Below are positions 45,066-55,200 of a stretch of DNA of 64,000 nt, piece by piece. The stretch's first letter is position 1; each line of letters starts with the position of its first letter. Origin of the DNA: Chitinophagales bacterium (GTDB lineage Bacteria; Bacteroidota; Bacteroidia; Chitinophagales; JADIYW01); contig JAXLTY010000002.1 in NCBI GenBank assembly GCA_046329815.1, positions 1,198,750 through 1,262,749 on the forward strand, written 5' to 3'. The notes below the pieces were generated by a model. It was given only the letters and a program-made list of their open reading frames with translations, was not told the origin of the DNA and searched no databases. The position numbers were made by a program, and so were the translations under genes.

Positions 45066-45480
45066 AAACCGTTTTGCCTGCTTTGTCGGTTATTTTAATT
45101 CCGTCTTTATCATTAAACGTAAATTCTTCGTTCGAATACGTTCTGCCATCTGGCATCGGCACATCCGATACTTTTTCTTTTGATGTTAATACGATATGTT
45201 TTCCGTTTAAATCAAAAGCAACAGTTGAAGCGTTGTTATCATATGTAAACGAAACAGTTTTACCATCTTTTCCTACTACTTCATCCGTTGCTGTTGCAGC
45301 TAATTTTCCTTTCGGTTGTTCGTGAACAGGCATTGTATCTATTTGCTGTACTGTATCAACAACTGCAATTAAACTATCAATTGTATCAACAACAGATGTT
45401 GTATCTTCTTCTCTTTGCTTACATTCAGTAAAAAAACATCCAACGATTAATATGATAATAATTTTCTGCATATTAGTCAA
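45052..45480 (-). CDS. Hypothetical lipoprotein
   Basis: The lipobox is ILIVGC. It overlaps both neighbouring genes by a few codons. Confidence 0.4.
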   Translation of the reverse strand: MTNMQKIIIILIVGCFFTECKQREEDTTSVVDTIDSLIAVVDTVQQIDTMPVHEQPKGKLAATATDEVVGKDGKTVSFTYDNNASTVAFDLNGKHIVLTSKEKVSDVPMPDGRTYSNEEFTFNDKDGIKITDKAGKTVFEEK

Positions 45481-47065
45481 TGTAATTATATGCTTCCAGC
45501 GTTAAAAATTCTTCCAATGTATCTTCTAAAGACATCTTTGTAAACAATTCGGTTGCTAAGTCAAATTTAGATGCGGCATATTTATCGCCTAATGTTGCTT
45601 TATACGCTGCAACTTGCTCGTTAATTAATTGCTGCACTAATTCTGCTGTTACTTTCGTTCCATCATCTAATTTTGCATCTTCATGATGTACCCATTGCCA
45701 AACTTGTGTACGTGAAATTTCAGCAGTTGCAGCATCTTCCATCAAGTTATGAATTGGAACGCAACCATTGCCACGCAACCACGCTTCTAAGTATTGAATA
45801 CCAACATCAATATTGTTTTTCAAACCCGCTAATGTAATTGTACCTGTCGGAACTTGTAATAAATCAGCAGCAGTTACGTTTACATCTTCACGTTTCACAT
45901 GAATCTGATTTGGCGTTGGCATGTATTTATTGAACTCATCCATTGCAATTTGCACTAAACCAGGATGTGCTACCCAAGTGCCATCGTGACCTGCTTTTGC
46001 TTCGCGTTCTTTATCAGCACGCACTTTTGCTAATGCAGCGTTATTTGCTTCTTCATCATTTTTGATTGGAATTTGTGCAGCCATGCCGCCCATTGCAAAC
46101 GCGTTACGTTTGTGACAAGTCTGGATTACCAACTCAGAATACGATTTCAAGAAATGCGTCGTCATTGTTACCTGCATTCTGTCTGGTACTAAAAATTGTT
46201 TGTTTTTTACCGTACGTTTAATGAACGAGAAAATATAGTCCCAGCGACCGCAGTTCAAACCTGCACTGTGTTCTTTTAATTCAAATAAGATTTCATTTAA
46301 TTCAAATGTAGCCACAATCGTTTCGATTAACACTGTTGCTTTGATAGAACCTTGCGGAATGCCTAATTCATTTTGCGCATCCACAAAAATATCATTCCAC
46401 AAACGCGCTTCGAGATGGCTTTCCATCTTTGGCAGATAGAAATACACACCGCTGCCACCTGCAAAACGTTGTTTTGCATTATGGAAAAAATATAAAGCAA
46501 AATCCCAGATAGAACCGCTTGCTACTTCACCATCAACCAAAACGTGTTTTTCCAACAAATGCCAGCCACGCGGACGCACGAACAAGGCAGCAATCGTATC
46601 GTTCAGTTTGTACGATTTCCCATTTTGTTCTAATGAAATGGTTTTGTTGTTGGCATCTCTTAAATTAATTTGACCAGAAATATTATTTTCCCAAGTTGGT
46701 GCATTTGAATCTTCAAAATCTGCCATAAACACTTTTGCACCGGAATTCAGTGCGTTGATAATCATTTTACGGTCAACAGGACCTGTGATTTCCACGCGTC
46801 TGTCTTGAATATCAGCCGGACAAGGTGCAACCGTCCAGTCGCTTTCACGGATTTCTTTGGTTTCCGGTAAAAAATCAGGTAATTCACCTGCATCTAATCT
46901 AACTTGTCGTTCTACGCGTTTTTGCAGTAATTCTTTGCGTCTTGCGTTGTGTTTGCGTTGCAATTTCGCGAAAAAAGCTAACGCTTCAGGCGTCAGGATT
47001 TCAGCGTATTCAGGTGTAAATTTTCCTTTAATTTCAATTCCTTCAGGTGTTTGGTAAGCTGACAT
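45473..47065 (-). CDS. aceB: Malate synthase A
   Basis: The 530-aa length fits. It carries MADFEDSNAPTW, GRWDYIFS and other MSA-type blocks. Confidence 0.95.
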   Translation of the reverse strand: MSAYQTPEGIEIKGKFTPEYAEILTPEALAFFAKLQRKHNARRKELLQKRVERQVRLDAGELPDFLPETKEIRESDWTVAPCPADIQDRRVEITGPVDRKMIINALNSGAKVFMADFEDSNAPTWENNISGQINLRDANNKTISLEQNGKSYKLNDTIAALFVRPRGWHLLEKHVLVDGEVASGSIWDFALYFFHNAKQRFAGGSGVYFYLPKMESHLEARLWNDIFVDAQNELGIPQGSIKATVLIETIVATFELNEILFELKEHSAGLNCGRWDYIFSFIKRTVKNKQFLVPDRMQVTMTTHFLKSYSELVIQTCHKRNAFAMGGMAAQIPIKNDEEANNAALAKVRADKEREAKAGHDGTWVAHPGLVQIAMDEFNKYMPTPNQIHVKREDVNVTAADLLQVPTGTITLAGLKNNIDVGIQYLEAWLRGNGCVPIHNLMEDAATAEISRTQVWQWVHHEDAKLDDGTKVTAELVQQLINEQVAAYKATLGDKYAASKFDLATELFTKMSLEDTLEEFLTLEAYNYID

Positions 47066-47187
47066 GTCGTATAATGTGATTTTGTGTGCGAAAGATACGA
47101 AATTGCTAAAAATTGCATGGAGTTTGTCATGTTACCTAAAGTTTACTATAAAGTTGTGAACGCTATGCATGCATTGGAAATCTGAAA

Positions 47188-48324
47188 TTATTTTGATTTC
47201 TCAATATAATCATTCGTGATTTTCAGAAATTGATCGATATAACTTTCCCAAGTGAAGCTTTTTACGGCTGCATGTGTGTGCCGGCAGATTTCTGTGTAAT
47301 TCGGATGATTATATAAAGTTATGATGTCGTTTGCCAAAATTTCGGCATTATTGTCTGAACTGTAGTTTACAAAATCATTAGTTTCGCCAAAGGTTTGCGA
47401 AAATTCATCGTAAGGTGAAATTAGAATCGGATTATAGAAATACATAGCTTCGATCGTTGCGGAAAAAGCGCTCCATTTTGACGTAGTGTTTACATACATT
47501 TTTGCAGATTCCAGTAAATCGTAATACAATTTGCGTTCACTTTCTGTAGCTTTGTTCAGGTAACCATGACAAAAAACATGTTGCGGCAAATGGTCAAAAT
47601 CCGAATCTTTCAATCCGATAAAATGCAATTCTAAGTCAGGATTTTTCTGCTGCGCAATGACAAACGCTTTCAGCAATACATCAGCGCCGCTTTTGTATTT
47701 GCTACTGCCGATAAACAGAATTTTATTAGATTTTTTCTTCTTTGCCAAGATCTCGCTTTCATCAGAATGGATCTTAGAATTAATAACGTTGCCTATATAG
47801 TAAATATTTGAATTTTTATACTTAACTTTCATATATTCAGCTACTTTTGGAAACAGCACGAATACCAAATCTGCCTTTTCAATATGTTCATTTTCTCTTT
47901 CCACAAACTCGTTTTCCAGCGAACCAGGTTTCCTGTTCTTGAAATAATTGAAATAATGATCAAATGTCCAGTCGCCAAACAAAATGGTTGGTTTTGAAGA
48001 ATACTTCTTCGCGGAAAAGCTGAACGACAAAAACAGGAATGCATCCGAGTGCGGATACTTTTTCACTGCATTTTTTATCTTGAAGTTGATATGCCAGTCA
48101 TGAATCTTTGTACGATAATATTCGTAAGCATCATGTTTTTTTGTGCGTTTTAGTATTTGCCAGATACTGATTCTGTACAGCGTTTTCAGTATTTTAGATG
48201 TTCTGATATTAACACGGTTGACTTTCACGCCTTTGGAAATCAGTGTTTCAGTGAAAAAATACGGCACATTCGACCAGGTGCTAATGTCTGCCGAATCGCC
48301 GTTTGTGAATACCGTAATTTCCAT
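47188..48324 (-). CDS. GT-B fold glycosyltransferase (GT4/GT1-like)
   Basis: The C-terminal half shows ILFIGSSKYKSGADVLL...HFIG...SATIEAMYFYNPILISP, resembling the GT4 EX7E region. Confidence 0.5.
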   Translation of the reverse strand: MEITVFTNGDSADISTWSNVPYFFTETLISKGVKVNRVNIRTSKILKTLYRISIWQILKRTKKHDAYEYYRTKIHDWHINFKIKNAVKKYPHSDAFLFLSFSFSAKKYSSKPTILFGDWTFDHYFNYFKNRKPGSLENEFVERENEHIEKADLVFVLFPKVAEYMKVKYKNSNIYYIGNVINSKIHSDESEILAKKKKSNKILFIGSSKYKSGADVLLKAFVIAQQKNPDLELHFIGLKDSDFDHLPQHVFCHGYLNKATESERKLYYDLLESAKMYVNTTSKWSAFSATIEAMYFYNPILISPYDEFSQTFGETNDFVNYSSDNNAEILANDIITLYNHPNYTEICRHTHAAVKSFTWESYIDQFLKITNDYIEKSK

Positions 48325-48395
48325 TTTGCCGTAAAAATAGACTGTTTTTAACGGAAAATAAACTAAAATGAGCAGAAGATATTTGTATTAATAAT

Positions 48396-48426
48396 TTTGT
48401 AGTAACATAAAAAGTGCTTATCTTTG
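48396..48426 (+). promoter_or_regulatory. Bacteroidota-type promoter candidate for rpsO (-33 TTTG / -7 TAnnTTTG)
   Basis: TTTG sits at 48396-48399, followed by a 19-nt spacer and TATCTTTG at 48419-48426. This is about 39 nt upstream of the rpsO ATG. Confidence 0.45.
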
Positions 48427-48464
48427 CACTTCAAATTTTGGATGACAATTATATTTTAATCAAG

Positions 48465-48728
48465 ATGACAACACAACAAAAACAAGACATTTTCAAAGAA
48501 TTCGGCGGCTCAGCTACAAACACAGGTTCAGTAGAATCACAAGTGGCGTTGATTTCACACAGAATCAATCACATTTCAGGCCACTTAAAAACGAACAGAA
48601 AAGACCATTCTTCTACTCGTTCTTTATATAAATTAGTAGGTCAAAGAAAACGATTATTGAAATATTTAGCGCATAAAGACATTCTTCAATACAGAGCGTT
48701 AATTGAAAAATTGGGTTTAAGAAAATAA
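48465..48728 (+). CDS. rpsO: 30S ribosomal protein S15
   Basis: Carries HLKTNRKDHSSTRSLYKLVGQRKRLLKYL. It is 87 aa from the internal Met (MTTQQKQDIF). Confidence 0.9.
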   Translation: MTTQQKQDIFKEFGGSATNTGSVESQVALISHRINHISGHLKTNRKDHSSTRSLYKLVGQRKRLLKYLAHKDILQYRALIEKLGLRK

Positions 48729-48742
48729 ACCTTACTTTCCAC

Positions 48743-48766
48743 AGCGAGGCATTGCCTCGCTTTTTT
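48743..48766 (+). terminator. rpsO terminator/attenuator hairpin upstream of pnp
   Basis: gcgaggc-att-gcctcgc followed by TTTTTT. The position matches the classic rpsO-pnp intergenic hairpin. Confidence 0.7.
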
Positions 48767-48791
48767 ATTTTTTACACATAAATTTTATTAG

Positions 48792-50927
48792 ATGCAATTT
48801 AATATTCATACTCAAACAGTAGATATTGGAAATGGTAGAACTGCTACCATTGAAACCGGAAAAATGGCGCGTCAGGCAGACGGCGCTGTAGTCTTAAAAG
48901 TAGGTAACTGCATGATCTTAGCCACTGCAGTAGCGGCTGAATCGGCAAAAGAAGGCGTTGACTTCTTTCCTTTAACGGTAGAATACCAGGAAAAATTTGC
49001 GGCAGCAGGTCGTATTCCAGGCAGTTTCCACCGTCGCGAAGGCAGAGCAACCGATTACGAAATCTTAATTTGCCGTATCGTTGACCGTGCGATTCGTCCG
49101 ATGTTTGCGGATAATTTCAGAAACGAAACACAAGTATTGCTGTACTTAATTTCGAGCGATGACAACGTAGCTCCTGACGCACTAGTTGGCTTAGCTGCTT
49201 CTGCTGCTTTATCTATCTCAACTATTCCGTTCTTGGAACCGATCTCTGAAGTTCGCGTAGCTAAGATCGATGGAAACTATATCGTGAATCCATCACCGAA
49301 AGATATTGAAAGAGCAACTTTAAACATTATTCTGGCAGGTACTTCTGAAAACATCTTGATGGTGGAAGGTGAAGCGAAAGAAGCACAGGAATCAGAATTA
49401 ATCGAAGCAATCAAAGTTGGTCACGATATTATTAAAAAACACTGCACGGCAATCTTAGAATTAAAAGCAAAATGCGGTAAAGAAAAATCAGCAGTTGCAG
49501 AACCGGAAGAAGACACGGAATTATACGAAAAAATTAAAGCATTTGCAGAACCGAAAGTTATAGAAATAGCAAAATCGGCGTCTGCAAAACACGAACGTAA
49601 AGCTGCTTTCAAACAAGTAAAAGAAGATTTCTTAGCAACGATTCCTGAAGAAGAACTGGAAACATTCAATAAAGGTTTGTTCTCAGAATACTTACATAAA
49701 ATTGAAAAGAACGCAATCAGAAATACGGTTTTAAACGACAGAGTTCGTTTAGATGGCAGAAAAACAGATGAGATTCGTCCGTTAATTATGGAAGTGGATA
49801 TTTTACCATCTGCACATGGTTCTGCATTATTCACACGTGGCGAAACGCAATCATTGACTACAGTTACTTTAGGTTCTAAAACCGATGAGCAAATGATTGA
49901 TAAAGCGGAAGAATTAACGTATAGCAAATTTATGTTGCATTATAATTTTCCACCATTTTCAACAGGCGAAGTAAAAGCATTGCGCGGAACTTCACGTCGT
50001 GAAGTTGGACACGGAAATTTAGCGCAGCGTTCATTAAAACAAATGTTACCATCCGAAGACACGAATCCATACACGATCCGTGTGGTTTCTGATATTTTGG
50101 AATCCAACGGTTCGTCTTCTATGGCAACGGTTTGCGCAGGTTCATTAGCATTAATGGATTCAGGTATTCCGTTCAAAAAATTAGTTTCAGGTATTGCAAT
50201 GGGTATGATTGCTGAAGGTGGCAAATACGCTATTTTATCAGACATCTTAGGTGATGAAGATCATTTAGGTGATATGGATTTCAAAGTAACCGGAACGCGT
50301 GATGGTATTTGCGGTGTTCAAATGGACTTGAAAGTAGATGGTCTTTCTTATGAAGTTTTGTCGGAAGCATTAGAGCAGGCAAAACGCGGTCGTTTACATA
50401 TTTTAAGTGCGATGGAACAATGCATGCCTGCACCGCGCGCTGATTTGAAACCACATACACCACGCGCTGAAAGCATTAATATTCCGAAAGAATTTATCGG
50501 TGCTGTGATTGGACCAGGTGGAAAAATCATCCAGGAAATTCAGGAAAAAACAAATACAGTTATCACGATCGAAGAAGATAAAGAAAAAGGTATTGGTAAA
50601 GTAACGGTATTGTCGAACAATAAAGACAACATGTTGGCTGCATGGAAACGCATCAAAGGTATTGTTGCCGTTCCGGAAGTTGGTGAAGTATATGAAGCAG
50701 AAGTAAAATCAATTATGCCTTACGGTGCATTCGTTGAGTTCATGCCTGGCAAACAAGGTTTATTGCATATTTCCGAAGTATCACATTCACGTTTAGATTC
50801 ATTAGAAGGCGTTTTAACGGAAGGCGAAAACATCAAAGTAAAATTATTAGGCGTTGATGCGAAAACAGGCAAATTCAAATTAAGCAGAAAAGTATTAATG
50901 CCGAAAACGGAAGAGCAAGCAAATTAA
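48792..50927 (+). CDS. pnp: Polyribonucleotide nucleotidyltransferase (PNPase)
   Basis: Has two RNase PH domains, the motif GDEDHLGDMDFKV, a KH domain (IGPGGKIIQEI) and a C-terminal S1 domain (GEVYEAEVKSIMPYGAFVEF). Confidence 0.97.
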   Translation: MQFNIHTQTVDIGNGRTATIETGKMARQADGAVVLKVGNCMILATAVAAESAKEGVDFFPLTVEYQEKFAAAGRIPGSFHRREGRATDYEILICRIVDRAIRPMFADNFRNETQVLLYLISSDDNVAPDALVGLAASAALSISTIPFLEPISEVRVAKIDGNYIVNPSPKDIERATLNIILAGTSENILMVEGEAKEAQESELIEAIKVGHDIIKKHCTAILELKAKCGKEKSAVAEPEEDTELYEKIKAFAEPKVIEIAKSASAKHERKAAFKQVKEDFLATIPEEELETFNKGLFSEYLHKIEKNAIRNTVLNDRVRLDGRKTDEIRPLIMEVDILPSAHGSALFTRGETQSLTTVTLGSKTDEQMIDKAEELTYSKFMLHYNFPPFSTGEVKALRGTSRREVGHGNLAQRSLKQMLPSEDTNPYTIRVVSDILESNGSSSMATVCAGSLALMDSGIPFKKLVSGIAMGMIAEGGKYAILSDILGDEDHLGDMDFKVTGTRDGICGVQMDLKVDGLSYEVLSEALEQAKRGRLHILSAMEQCMPAPRADLKPHTPRAESINIPKEFIGAVIGPGGKIIQEIQEKTNTVITIEEDKEKGIGKVTVLSNNKDNMLAAWKRIKGIVAVPEVGEVYEAEVKSIMPYGAFVEFMPGKQGLLHISEVSHSRLDSLEGVLTEGENIKVKLLGVDAKTGKFKLSRKVLMPKTEEQAN

Positions 50928-50952
50928 TCGTATTATTCTTTAGATAAAATAA

Positions 50953-50982
50953 AAACGCGTTTCAATCGAAACGCGTTTTTTT
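50953..50982. terminator. Bidirectional rho-independent terminator
   Basis: aaacgcgtttc-aatc-gaaacgcgttt followed by a T-run. An A-run upstream serves the convergent minus-strand gene. Confidence 0.75.
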
Positions 50983-51000
50983 ATAAAAAATAACAATGTA

Positions 51001-51711
51001 TTACAGCAACTGCTTCACTACGGTAATACTTACAATGTCGCTCCAGTGACCTACAATTTTATCATCCATACGGTAAATACTTTTGTATTTCCACAATTCT
51101 GCTTTTACAGGCAACGAATGATTGTCAATGTAATTTGGTTTAGTATCAATGTCGCATCTTACAAAATCATTGCCATCGCCTCTGTCCACCCAAATTTCCA
51201 AAGCATCCATACCATTCTTGCTCCAGATAATTTCCGGCTGACCGCCTTCAATTAAATGTACTTTAATGGTTGGTTTGATAGTATCTAAATTAGGTTTCGC
51301 TTTTTTTACAGTTGATACTTCAATACCCAAATCCAAGCCATCAGACTCTGTGTAATTGATATGACTTTTAATGCGGTTAGCAAATGCTTTAACGCGTTTA
51401 AAAATACCAGCAGAAACAGCAGGCGGAGCAGCCGTCAAAGTTGGCGCAACTGGAGCAACACTTGCCGTAACGCCTGCCGGCAAGCCGTCTTTAATTTCTT
51501 TGATATAGGCATTTAGTTTTTTCAAATACTCACCGTATTGTGTTTTGTAATTGAGATGATAACTAAAGTACAATAACGATGCTAATATATCAGCTACTTC
51601 AGCAGCAGTAATATTGTATTTGGCGCTGTACTGTGCAATTTTGTTCGCAAAGTTCCTCAGCCAGGTTTCTTTTTCAGAATCCGTTCTTGGTAAAAATCCA
51701 TTCTTTTTCAT
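51001..51711 (-). CDS. Hypothetical protein
   Basis: A 236-aa ORF with good coding appearance, an A/P/V-rich linker and a beta-rich C-terminus. I recognise no motif. Confidence 0.5.
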   Translation of the reverse strand: MKKNGFLPRTDSEKETWLRNFANKIAQYSAKYNITAAEVADILASLLYFSYHLNYKTQYGEYLKKLNAYIKEIKDGLPAGVTASVAPVAPTLTAAPPAVSAGIFKRVKAFANRIKSHINYTESDGLDLGIEVSTVKKAKPNLDTIKPTIKVHLIEGGQPEIIWSKNGMDALEIWVDRGDGNDFVRCDIDTKPNYIDNHSLPVKAELWKYKSIYRMDDKIVGHWSDIVSITVVKQLL

Positions 51712-51824
51712 AATGTTAAAATTTAAAGATTAATAAATAATTTTTGTGTGCACATAAAATAAACAACGAAAAACAATGCCAACTATTTCATATTTAACCC
51801 AGATAAAATTATTTTTAATACATT

Positions 51825-52097
51825 TTAACATTTGCGCACTATACAATGCGCACAGAGCACAACCACATGTTTGTTGCGCACTAATACATGCGCATCGCGC
51901 GCGGTAGTATGCGCGATGCGCACAAGAATATGCGCACTGCGCAGTTAATCATGCGTAACATACATAATGCCATGCGCCACACGCAACAAGCAATGCACAT
52001 GGCACATAAAAGTTTGCGCAATGCGCATGATGATATGCAGAGGTCGCCAATTATGTTGCGCGATGCATATAAGACAATGCGCATTGCGCATGTATAA
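51825..52097. repeat. Array of 13 directly repeated, exactly phased 21-bp units with core palindrome TGCGCA-N-TGCGCA
   Basis: Units start at 51825, 51846, 51867, 51888 and so on to 52077. Examples are atgcgcgatgcgcacaagaat, atgcgcactgcgcagttaatc, ttgcgcaatgcgcatgatgat and atgcgcattgcgcatgtataa. Positions 2-7 and 9-14 are conserved and the last ~7 nt are variable and A/T-rich. Confidence 0.85.
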
Positions 52098-52113
52098 TCG
52101 TGGCGAGATAATT

Positions 52114-52213
52114 ACGCTTCGCGTCATGGCGAGGTACGAAGCCATCTATAATTTAGATTGCTTCAGTGCGTTCGCCATGACGCGAAGCGTGTATTAACTG
52201 AATTTCGCAAGAG
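52114..52213 (+). repeat. REP/MITE-like element copy A (19-bp perfect inverted repeat)
   Basis: acgcttcgcgtcatggcga (52114-52132) pairs perfectly with tcgccatgacgcgaagcgt (52172-52190). The element ends in aatttcgcaagag. It is homologous to 56256-56367. Confidence 0.7.
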
Positions 52214-52232
52214 CATTTTCATTAATCTTGAT

Positions 52233-52261
52233 AAAAAATCCTGCGTGTAGCAGGATTTTTT
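52233..52261. terminator. Terminator hairpin (serves the minus-strand protease gene; also T-run on plus)
   Basis: aatcctgc-gtgta-gcaggatt, flanked by A6 and T6. Confidence 0.7.
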
Positions 52262-52285
52262 AGTTAAACTGTATAAAACCGAAGA

Positions 52286-55200
52286 TTAATGTGTAATGAC
52301 AATTTCTTTGGTAACCGTATTATTGCCATCCGAAATTTTTATCAGGTATAAGCCATTCGATAAATTGCTGATATCAATAGTAGCTGAATTAGCACTGAAA
52401 GCATTTTTAAATACTTCCGTTCCATTGCTTTTGAATATACTTATGGATTGGATATTTTTTGCATCATTCAGGTTGATGGTAATGGCATTGCTGCCCGGAT
52501 TTGGATAAACAGTTGCTTTAAGCGCTGACTTAGCCGTTGAATTTCCCTGGTTTGGCGAACCAGGTGCAAAACCGGTTGGGTTTACAGTGAGTTTGGCAGC
52601 AGCAGAATAACCTATACAACCTGCTGTATTCGTTCCTTTACAACGGAAATAACTTTGATCAAAACTATATGGTGTATTAGTGATAGATAAAACTTGTGTT
52701 GTTGTGCCACTAAAATAGCCGCCGTTGTTAATATCATTGTAAACAGAAGAGCCGGCTAATTTTTGCTGCCATTTGTATTGTAATGTTGAATCTGTTGATT
52801 GTGCAGGAAAATTAAAACTGCCATGTTCATTTACCGTTCCGTTTGTTGGATTTGCATAAAAAGATGGTGTGTTAAATGTTAAAACTGCCACTTGTGTATA
52901 AAGTGTACAACCATCTACATTTGATATTTTACATCTAAATGATTTTCCATTTAAACCTGCTACTGTGGTTGGAATGGTCATAGTTCCGGTCGTTGTTCCA
53001 CTAACGCTTGTACCTAAAACAATTGGAGTAACATTTACCCAACTACTGATATTATATACTTCCCATTGATACGTTGGAGCAGGACTGCCGCTTAATTGTT
53101 CGCAATAAGCTGTAAAAGAAACTGATGAGCCAACACATGCTACTTTACTTTGTGGACTGGAAAATTCGCGGATAGGTTTTAAAAATGAACAACTAGGCAT
53201 AACTTTACTTGTATCTCTAATATATAAACTTGCTTTTTTATCCATTTGACGACCTGTACCAATATAGCTTCGTTGTGCAGGTGTTTTAGATATGTTTAAT
53301 GTTTCATTCCAAAACATTAATTCTAATTCATGCATGGAATTTGTAGTTGCATTTGGATTAATAATGTGCATTAATCCAAGTGCATGTCCTAGTTCATGTA
53401 AAATATCTGAGTAGAAATCATATTTCCCACTTGGTTTGGTATCATTGATGCCATAATGCCAAATTATTCCCGTCATTTTAATACCTATGTCTGAAGCTTG
53501 CCTTCGTGGAATGCCACCACATGTAGCGACACATGAAGTAGTTTCCATTAGTGTACCATTTGCTAAAGTATTATCTATGTATAGCATGCTTATAGTATCG
53601 AGATTGTTTATCGAGCCATCTGCAAAATATTGATAATTGTTATAATCATCTTTTTGCAGTCGTAGATCAATTCTTAAAAATCTTGCCCATACATTTATAG
53701 CGCTGTCTATAACAGCAATGGCTTGTGGATATGGCTGTAGAGAATTTCCGAGTTTGAAAATAAATGATGAATTTTGGCAATTTCGAAATGCCCATACTAC
53801 TTTTTTCTTAGTAGATGAATTCTCTATTCCAAACTCTACATCTAAATTTGTAGTGGTGCTATCTCTAAATCCTATATCATTTACTACCTTAAATTTACCA
53901 CTGCCTGCAGTCACATCTTTTGTAAAATTTGAATTTACAATTGTTGATGGAACTTTAACCTTTATTTCAGAATCATTCCAACTTACATAATCTAATGTAT
54001 CACATCCCTGCATATATCTACTGAAGCTATCCGCATCTGGAAATAACACTTGCCCTTTTCCTCTCGTAGTCCCAAAATTAGTTCCGGTAATTGTTAAAAC
54101 CTCATTAGTACCTGCTCGTATAACCGATGGTGAAAAACCGGTTATTTTTGGTATTGGGCAAAGTGCAATGGGTGAATTATCTGTGCGGAATACATTATCA
54201 TACGATTGTATCGGACCTGCTATAGAATCGTTGCTATGGAGTTTATAACCGGTTAAAATATCGCATATCACAGGATCTACAAATTTCATTTTAGCGGTTG
54301 CCTGGCAGTTTTTTATTCTGAATTTTATATGCATCAGTTGCAAAGGTGTAGTGCCTACTGCTATGCGAGTTGGCACATATAACGAATCGTTGGTGCTTAA
54401 ATTGATGCCCACCACTGTATCTGAGATGTAGCCGGGTCCATATATTTTGTAGTTTATATTATTGAACGATGTTCCCTTTGTAGCTGTTAAATAATTTTTT
54501 ACATAGAGAGAATCGCCGAAAGCAGCTTTATCAAAATTGAGACGTACAAGTGTGCCCTCAAAATAGGTGGCCTGTGTGCCCCACACATAAATATCAAAAT
54601 CGAGATAATTAACACCGGCAGCCGTAGAATAAGCAATATTCCTGATATCAAGGTTTAGGTTTCCGCCGCTTGCAAGTTTTAGATTTGGATTTGCTTTTTT
54701 TTTTGCTTCCTGCTCTGCTTTTGCCAATTCTTTTCCTTTTATAAATAATGCTTCTCGTTTTTGTGTTTCTATTTTTATTTTTTGCAATTCTGCGTCTTTA
54801 GCTTCCTGTTCGGCTTTCTCTTTTTTTAATTGTATTTGCTGTAAGCTATCTTCTACAATATCTGTTCTATCTATAAAGTCAGTTTGTAGATTAAAGCTTT
54901 TTATAGATTTTCGCAATTCTTTTGCATTTCCAAAGTCTCCTGCCCAAGGTGCAAAGTATTTATTATCCCAACAATCTTGACAATATATAATAGCCCTATC
55001 ATGCTCAATTACCATTGTGTTTTCCATCTTTTTGTCCCACACACACCCTTTACTATTAGATACATTTTTGCCAAAAACAATACCTCTATTACCTTTCTGT
55101 GTAAAAACTGGTGGATGATTACCATGTGATGGTTTGACAGTGCTAATTGTAATCTCATCATCATCAAGAGAAGGTGCTTCACCGCCTTTTACAATTACCT

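Noticed and set aside
49421-50530. Long antisense ORFs inside pnp (168, 101, 60 and 60 aa on the minus strand)
   Set aside because: They lie entirely within the highly conserved PNPase coding frame and have no recognisable motifs. They are typical shadow ORFs of a strongly coding region.
51825-52097. CRISPR array
   Set aside because: The period is 21 bp with only ~7-8 variable nt between cores, far too short for spacers. There are no cas genes in the window.
51881-52197. Four overlapping ORFs (66-76 aa, both strands) across the 21-bp repeat array, including a striking heptad peptide MRxAHxx x10
   Set aside because: All frames are open simply because the palindromic GC-rich repeat lacks stop codons. 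Conservation is in the DNA palindrome, not at codon positions. I kept this only as an alternative hypothesis under the repeat-array finding.
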